NCBI GenBank assembly: GCA_964252035.1
Contig: CAXUOO010000139.1
Strand: one strand, 5' to 3'
Length of the DNA stretch: 58,337 nt
From: Podarcis erhardii
Lineage: Eukaryota
The notes under the pieces were generated by a model. That model worked only from the letters and a program-made list of their open reading frames with translations. It was not told the origin of the DNA and ran no database searches. The translations under genes were made by a program, and so were the position numbers. Positions 52,101 to 58,337 of this stretch are shown in pieces; within the stretch, counting starts at the first letter, position 1; every line of letters starts with the position of its first letter.

Positions 52101-54581
52101 GTATAGATATATATATATGTACATGTATATTGAATTTAGTACCTTGCAGCATTATCTGTAGTGTGGTACAATCACACCTGCAGGAAGTCAACAATCAGAG
52201 TCTATTGCATAGGCGAGTTCAGCACCGATCTCTCTGCGTACATCGCGCATACACACGTCGGTAGCCATTTGACTAGAAATATGTAGACATATATATCACC
52301 TATCTGTATAAAATTCGACGTTCACAAACAAAATCCGCAGCACGCGTGAAAAGCGCAAAGCAAAGCAGAACCTCCAAGTAGAGAAGGCGATATAAATTGA
52401 ATATAACTAGTAGAACTACCAACGCTTGAGTTACATGCATGCAACTCAGCAGTCTCCACACATGCTTCTTGCCGGCCTTAGCAGCATCAATAACAATAAA
52501 GTCTAATAAGTCAGTGTTATGACACGCACTACTTCCACAGCGATAGGATTTTTACATCGTCCTCGTTAACAGTGCTCACCCTACCTACGGCAGCGCTGTC
52601 ATTCAACACACACGTTTGATAAATATGAGAACGTTTTACCTGAGTTATTCAAGTAAAATGCACAAGCAAGCACTTTACGCCGTAATCGGCACCAACAAAC
52701 CTAATGCACCACCGGCCATTGCTGTGCCATCGGCAAGTTCTGCAGGTGCGGCTATTGAAGGCACCAGCCCGCAAGGCAGCAGTTTCAGCACCATTCATCT
52801 CTACGGCAGCGGCACCAGAAGTAGACGGAATTAGCAATCACCTTGAGGGGCCATTGTAACAAGCGGTTTTTGCGCTGCTCATCATAATTGCACAAACAGT
52901 GACGCGCACAACTGCAGCATCACACATATAGCTCATGGAAGACGCTTTCAGCTGACGTACGGAGCCTAGAGCTCGAGGACGGGTGCCATTTAATTGTCGG
53001 ATTGCGCGATCAGCCTCACTAATTGATTGCATCCGTACAATAGCGCAGCCTATAGAATTGCCTGTGTTGCGATCACGTATTATGGCAAAATCCACCACGT
53101 GTCCACACGCCGCAAACAGCTGAAACACCAATACAACAGTAGCGGCATCCGACACCTACGGTATAAAAGCAGACTACCGCAGCATAGCTGAAATTATGTG
53201 AGTGCTCGTGACCCACGCAGCAGGTGTATTAGTTATACACATACCTCAAAAGCTGTTTCTATCTAGTAATGTTTTCGAGCAACTGAAGCGGTGAAGGAAG
53301 TGCAAGACCAGATGCGGCAAAAGACGAAAACGCGTGAAATCAATGTGGGACACGTGGGGGTAGAGCTGCGATAGCCACAGCGTCGACAGCACTGACCCAC
53401 TTTCTATTCTCAAATATGATTGCAGCCTCCCACAGAAATCATTACGAACAGAAGCAAATACAAAAGAATTGAAGCGGCAAAGCCACCAAGAGTGCCACCG
53501 CATGCGCTCACCAAAAGTAAAGCTTGGCAAACCGCGCATCAGCGACAGTATCATCAGCAGCACGCTGTCTACTCTAGTTGAATGAAGGCGGAACAATCGG
53601 ATTTGGACTCGTCTTTATGCCTAAATGACTGCTAAGTACTGGACAATGTTCGCAAGCAGCCGTGCCTGTGAATGTTGCTCGGCAGGCTTCCTTGAGCACC
53701 ACAAGCTTTGAGGGTTTGCATTACAGAAAACTTTGCTCATTCTTGTTGAGTAATTGCTTATGCGGTTCCCTGGTTTGCGACAAGAGTGTTCTTAGTGTAG
53801 ATGCAAATGTGGCGGCGTTGCTACATGCAGCCAGCTGACGCAACCTATAGCGCAAAATTCGAAGCAGCCATTGACATGCTGTCCGAGCTAACTTTTTGGT
53901 TCGCCAATCTGCGTAGAGTGTTGCCGCTCGCTACTGAAACGCTCTACATTAAGGATAGGCTGCAATTGTTTGCAAACGTGTGTATGTACAAACATGCATT
54001 GGACATGAGGCCACTCACCGAAAATAAACATCCAGGTTTATGTCCAGAAACCATGATGTAGGCTGAGGAGCCCATAGTTCGAGACACAGTAGAAACTTAC
54101 CGCTCGGACGACACGTTCACTGCAGCCAACCGGCAACGAGCCGACGATAAGCCTCACACCCATTAGTGGCGCTTTCTGTGCTGCAGGTCTATTTCTACTA
54201 CTAGAAGCCACTTTAGGCGTAGGAGCTGCTAATGTTCCCGTAGTAGTCTTTATGGGGTTTGACGTGGATCCGCCCATCTGCGGTGTTAGAAAACTTTTCA
54301 TCTTGTTTCGGCACCGACCGATCGCGTTTTCGCTGCTAAAGAATGTTTTCTCGCCACGGTATTGCTGCCGTTGCTGATCGTATTCGGTTCCGTCTTGGCT
54401 GTAGACGAAGCAGAACCGTTCTAAGTTGAGATATTCGTGCGACTCGTGCTGCTGCCGCTTGGCGCAGCCAGCAAACCGTCTTCTTCCTCGCTTCAGTAGG
54501 AGGTTCTTTCCCTTGCTCTGAGGCGCTACTGAGATTCTTAGGAACACTGAGCATTTACGACTGGTGCTCCTTGAACTCCAT
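44929..54581 (-). CDS. CELF: CELF/Bruno-like RNA-binding protein with 3 RRMs (~1,300-1,400 aa); exons 54581-54559 (tentative), 54398-54101, 53119-52961, 52047-51901, 50426-50213, 48533-45892 (interrupted at ~47700-47370), 45618-44929
   Basis: RRM1 VRLIVGSLP..|[16 protein letters not shown]..|[11 protein letters not shown]2 [16 protein letters not shown]|[25 protein letters not shown]|[16 protein letters not shown]3 [26 protein letters not shown]|[12 protein letters not shown], which resembles the CELF RRM3 signature (GPEGxNLFIYHLP ... [16 protein letters not shown]). Junctions are phase-consistent. The start codon may lie further upstream. Confidence 0.88.
50427..51900 (-). other. Non-canonical GC-AG intron splitting RRM2 of the CELF gene
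   Basis: Donor GAG|GCAAGT and acceptor gtgttgcag|CTG; the phase-0 join gives the canonical RRM helix-1 sequence VRQDE|LRRIFEQFG. Confidence 0.85.
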
Positions 54582-57500
54582 ACCAGCCGCTTCTATCTCC
54601 TGCTTCGTGTTTACTGTGTGGCGAGACTGAAGACAGAGACGTTTTGTTGATTTTCCCGCTTTCACAAGCGAGCTGTTGCTCCACCTGCGCGGTCATTCTG
54701 CCGCAAGCATTAGTCTTGCAATTCGACAGAAGGCTACGCCAGTACCAGTGGCTGGTGCTGGCAGTGTGTGACCGTCACCTGCTGCAGCACCAACTGAAAG
54801 TATCTCTGATGCAGCACGTGCTCCTCGGCAATTTTTCGTCAGCTTCGCTGCCGAAGTCTACCTGTGGTTGGGTTTCACAAAAGCGCAGTTACTTGTTCGC
54901 CTCGGCATCGGCTCTATTCTTTGAGGCAAAGAGAGACATCTCCAGGAAGCCTGGTGGATCGTTGAGTGTGTCTCGCTTAAGGACCTGCACTCTGGTACTT
55001 TGCAGGCGCTAGTTTTTCATTTCATGTGGTCCTGGTTCGAAAGTGCTTTATAGCATGAGCGGAAAATTCCTATGACGCGTATTTGTACAAATTAGATAGT
55101 TTTTCAAACCTTTCAAGCACACGCCGCAGAAGCAATTGTATAGGTGCGCTTGGGCCAACCGGTCGCAAGATCTCAAAAATCCTGCTGAAAGCTGTAATAT
55201 TTCCTTGTACACAAAGTATTCACAAGGGCATGAGTCTCGAGTACGATGACTTGTGAACGGTATACTGAAGAGGATACGTGTGGCACCAGCTGGTGACTCA
55301 GCTCTAACAATGTTCTAAAGGCTTGAGGACTCGACAAGTCGCAGGATAAAAACAAAAGAAAATTTGATTCGGCTTGCACGCGTGATGTGCGAGCCGCTTT
55401 GCCGTTTTAACGCGATAGCACAAAATCTCTTTTCAGCCAGCAGTTACCCGACACATATACGTACCAGCTTTGCAAGCTGCGCTACTAATGACATACAAGT
55501 TTTTGCCCTCTACGCAGCAACTATTTTTTTCCAATCAATTCACAAAAATGGGTAAGCAGCCCAACTGCATCAAGCTGCTTTGATTATCGTGGCAGTCCGG
55601 TGTACAATTTGAAGAACAGGATTCAGTGATGCTCGCACTGTGCGACCTCGCGTGATCCCAATTAGAAGACGCAATGTCGTAAGGCGCTTAGGGAGCAAAT
55701 GGACGCACCACATTTTCCCACGGTATTCGACTTCAAGTGACGTTCACCATATCAGAAAACTTATCTACCTTCTGAAACGCCTGGCGCAAGCACAAACCAG
55801 TCCCACAACTGCCAGTATCTGATGGTCTCCGCACAAGCGTCAAAAATGGTGTCAAAAGTATAGATTTCATCGACTGCACCTCATTGACGACTGGCAAGGA
55901 TGCACGATTTCGTACGCTGATACAATGTTCACTGTAAGACGGTCGACGGTCGTGTGGACCACCTTGCATAAAATTGAAAAGTATAAATGAAGGCGGCATT
56001 CGGAAGCAACCAGATGTCTACCGCATGACACTGCACCGGGAGGCGGTGTAACTCCGGTAGAAATATAACCAACATACAAACGGAAATCTAGGCAGACAAA
56101 TCGTATTCCCTTAAGCGAATATAACTTCGGTGTCCCGACACAAAATTTATGCGCATTGATCTACTGTTACGAAGCAACGATACGTCGATAGTGACGTTTT
56201 TTATCCACAAGAAGGCTAAGATCAATCTTAAGTATTTTGGGAGCGTGTCGAGAGTGGACTATGAATTTAGCAACTGCTTATGATAACGCCTCCGCCGACT
56301 TTGTATGGGCAGCGGGAAGCAGGTGGCCTGCTCGACTTTCTATGGGCGAAAGACTATGGACGTACTTCCGCTCTTCCCGCCGTAGTACGCTTGTGATTAC
56401 TCGTGCCGCTGTTCTGCATCCGGTAGTTCCTTTCTCAATCAACACCCAGACGGCAGCACCGCAGCTTTATATTTTTTCTAAACGCGCGCCAATAGTATAT
56501 ACATAGCGAAGAATGCCAAGTATACAAGCGCCAAGAGCGCGTACGGAAACTGTTAAAGCCGCAGCAGCTCTCCCCAGAGCTCCAGTGGTAGGAGAAGCCG
56601 TAACAGCCACATTCTAATCCAGCTACGAAGCGCTTCCACAGGAGCATATCAGCGGCGGAAATTAACCATAACGGATTGCTGTTATTTCCGTAGAAGCTTG
56701 TGTATACTGTGATTTCGATTTTCACGCGCGTGCAGCCATTTATCTTTATTCATTTGATGGTTGCAGCAATAAAACATTACCCTAACGTGCCACACCCTCC
56801 CAAAGGAAATGGAGAATGTTGAAGCAAAGCAAAATCGAAAGAAGGTGACCCGGAAAGTTACCAGAGAGAGTCAACAGCATCGTAAAGATCGTGCGGCTGG
56901 AACTGCAATCACTGCATCTGCCCATATTGAAATGAAGGAGAGCAATACGGAAATTGTCACGTTATGATTCGGACGAGGAACTATGGCGAAGTTTTTGTCG
57001 TTGCTTGGAAACAAACAAATGAAAGCCAAGTGGACAGAAACTCTGAAGCTATGAAGCTGCGCTGTCGGAATGGAGAGACACCCCACAAACAAATAAGATT
57101 TGTGTTAGTTGTAGAATTATAGTGATCAAACGTCGTTATGTGGATTTTCGTATTAAGCAAAATGCAAGGCCCAAAACAAGAACTTCTTTCAAGCATACAT
57201 CATGTATACACAAAGTGAAGATGACGGCATTTACTAGGATAGATTACTTTAGGTTTCGTAAGCCCTAACGACTATCTAGACGGCGCGCAGGTACCACTTC
57301 ACCGTTACCGTCTGCCGGGGCAGGATAGACAGGTTGTGCGATTGAAATACAGTTGCCGTGTGTTTAGACCACTAGCTCAATCTTCACTAGAAATCTGAGC
57401 CGTCTGAAAGTCTTCAGGGACTGGTAATAATGCCCATACCTCCTCTTTCACGCTTTTCCACTAAGGGGAAGTAGCGATGGTTGCCGAATCTTGCTTTACC

Positions 57501-58337
57501 ATGAACGATCTTTGTTCATCCACTCCGCACGCAATTCCAAAAAGCAAGTTGATTTATTTGAGGTTCTGCGTACTACGGTCACAGTTCATGACCTTCAAGG
57601 TCGACCGTGTCTGCTTTACTGTAATCAAGCAAATTCCAATCGTAATTTTGCTAAAAATTGTAAGAATAACCTGTCCAATTACTTCGCCTAGAGGGCAAAT
57701 AGCGGCATGAAGAGACTGCTGGAGCACCCATCAGCTGAGTATTTATTACAAATTTTGAGAGGGAACGTAATTTTTCTTAGCTTACAACTCTAAATACAGT
57801 ACATAAACTGGTGCTTAAACTTCATTTGTGTTTGTTTACGTGTTCTTCTGCTGAACAAAAAGAAGCAAGTATTTTAAGGCTGCTTTGTCCTCAAGCAGTA
57901 AAAATACGGCTGTGCGTGAGTCACGACGCATTCAGTAAAACATAAGCACGGCCCTGTTTGGCACCAATTTGCAGCGCACGGCGACACGTGTCCGAGTTGA
58001 AGTTCGTTTTTTTCTGGCTTATCAAATACTTTAGCGTAGTAAGAAATAACAGTAACAGAATTTCTTTTTTCCTTACACTATGTAGAGCTTCTAAACAATA
58101 CTAATTGTCAGAGGGATTGTTGAGCTCGTGGAGCGCGAAATTCTCGCATGAGTGGTGTACTATGAAGCTGATCTTGACTGAAGGTGGAACTAAACTGGTG
58201 ATGATTCTGATACACGCAGGTGGGGAGTGCGCGTGCAAGATTTCGGATGCAAGGCTGTTGAAGGTGTCTCTACCGGGTACGAGCTTTTTAAGGGGCGGTC
58301 AAAAAAATATTTTCTTCTCAAGTATAATGCACATTCT

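Noticed and set aside
421-58337. Numerous ORFs containing YIYIYI or IYIYIY in the ORF track
   Set aside because: They are translations of intronic (TA)n microsatellites.
55000-58337. Additional gene upstream of CELF, for example the ORFs at 56237-56725
   Set aside because: Short ORFs with no recognisable domain and no consistent exon chain.

Overview
Eukaryotic, intron-rich DNA from a coccidian apicomplexan, probably Eimeriidae-like. This is inferred from CAG-derived Ala/Gln/Ser runs in exons, TGCATGCA octamers and (TA)n-filled introns. Four genes can be reconstructed by hand from splice signals: (1) exosome subunit CSL4 (+, 591-6346, 5' end unresolved); (2) a roughly 430-aa hypothetical protein (-, 9325-10617) with microtubule-inner-protein-like T/S-T/S-x4-F/Y motifs; (3) a 15-exon, about 1,450-aa fatty acyl-CoA reductase fused to a GPAT/DHAPAT-type acyltransferase (FARAT architecture; +, 16483-37673), the most interesting item; (4) a 3-RRM CELF/Bruno-like RNA-binding protein (-, 44929-54581) with a GC-AG intron, a degenerate RRM1 and a very long low-complexity linker. 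A 9-copy 57/58-bp minisatellite with an inverted seed sits in FARAT intron 10. Several single-base frame breaks, most of them at G, C or A runs, look like assembly indels, but one creates a stop exactly at the FAR/acyltransferase boundary. Most ORFs in the supplied track are artefacts of (TA)n tracts or antisense frames. No tRNA, rRNA, CRISPR array or recognisable transposon was found.
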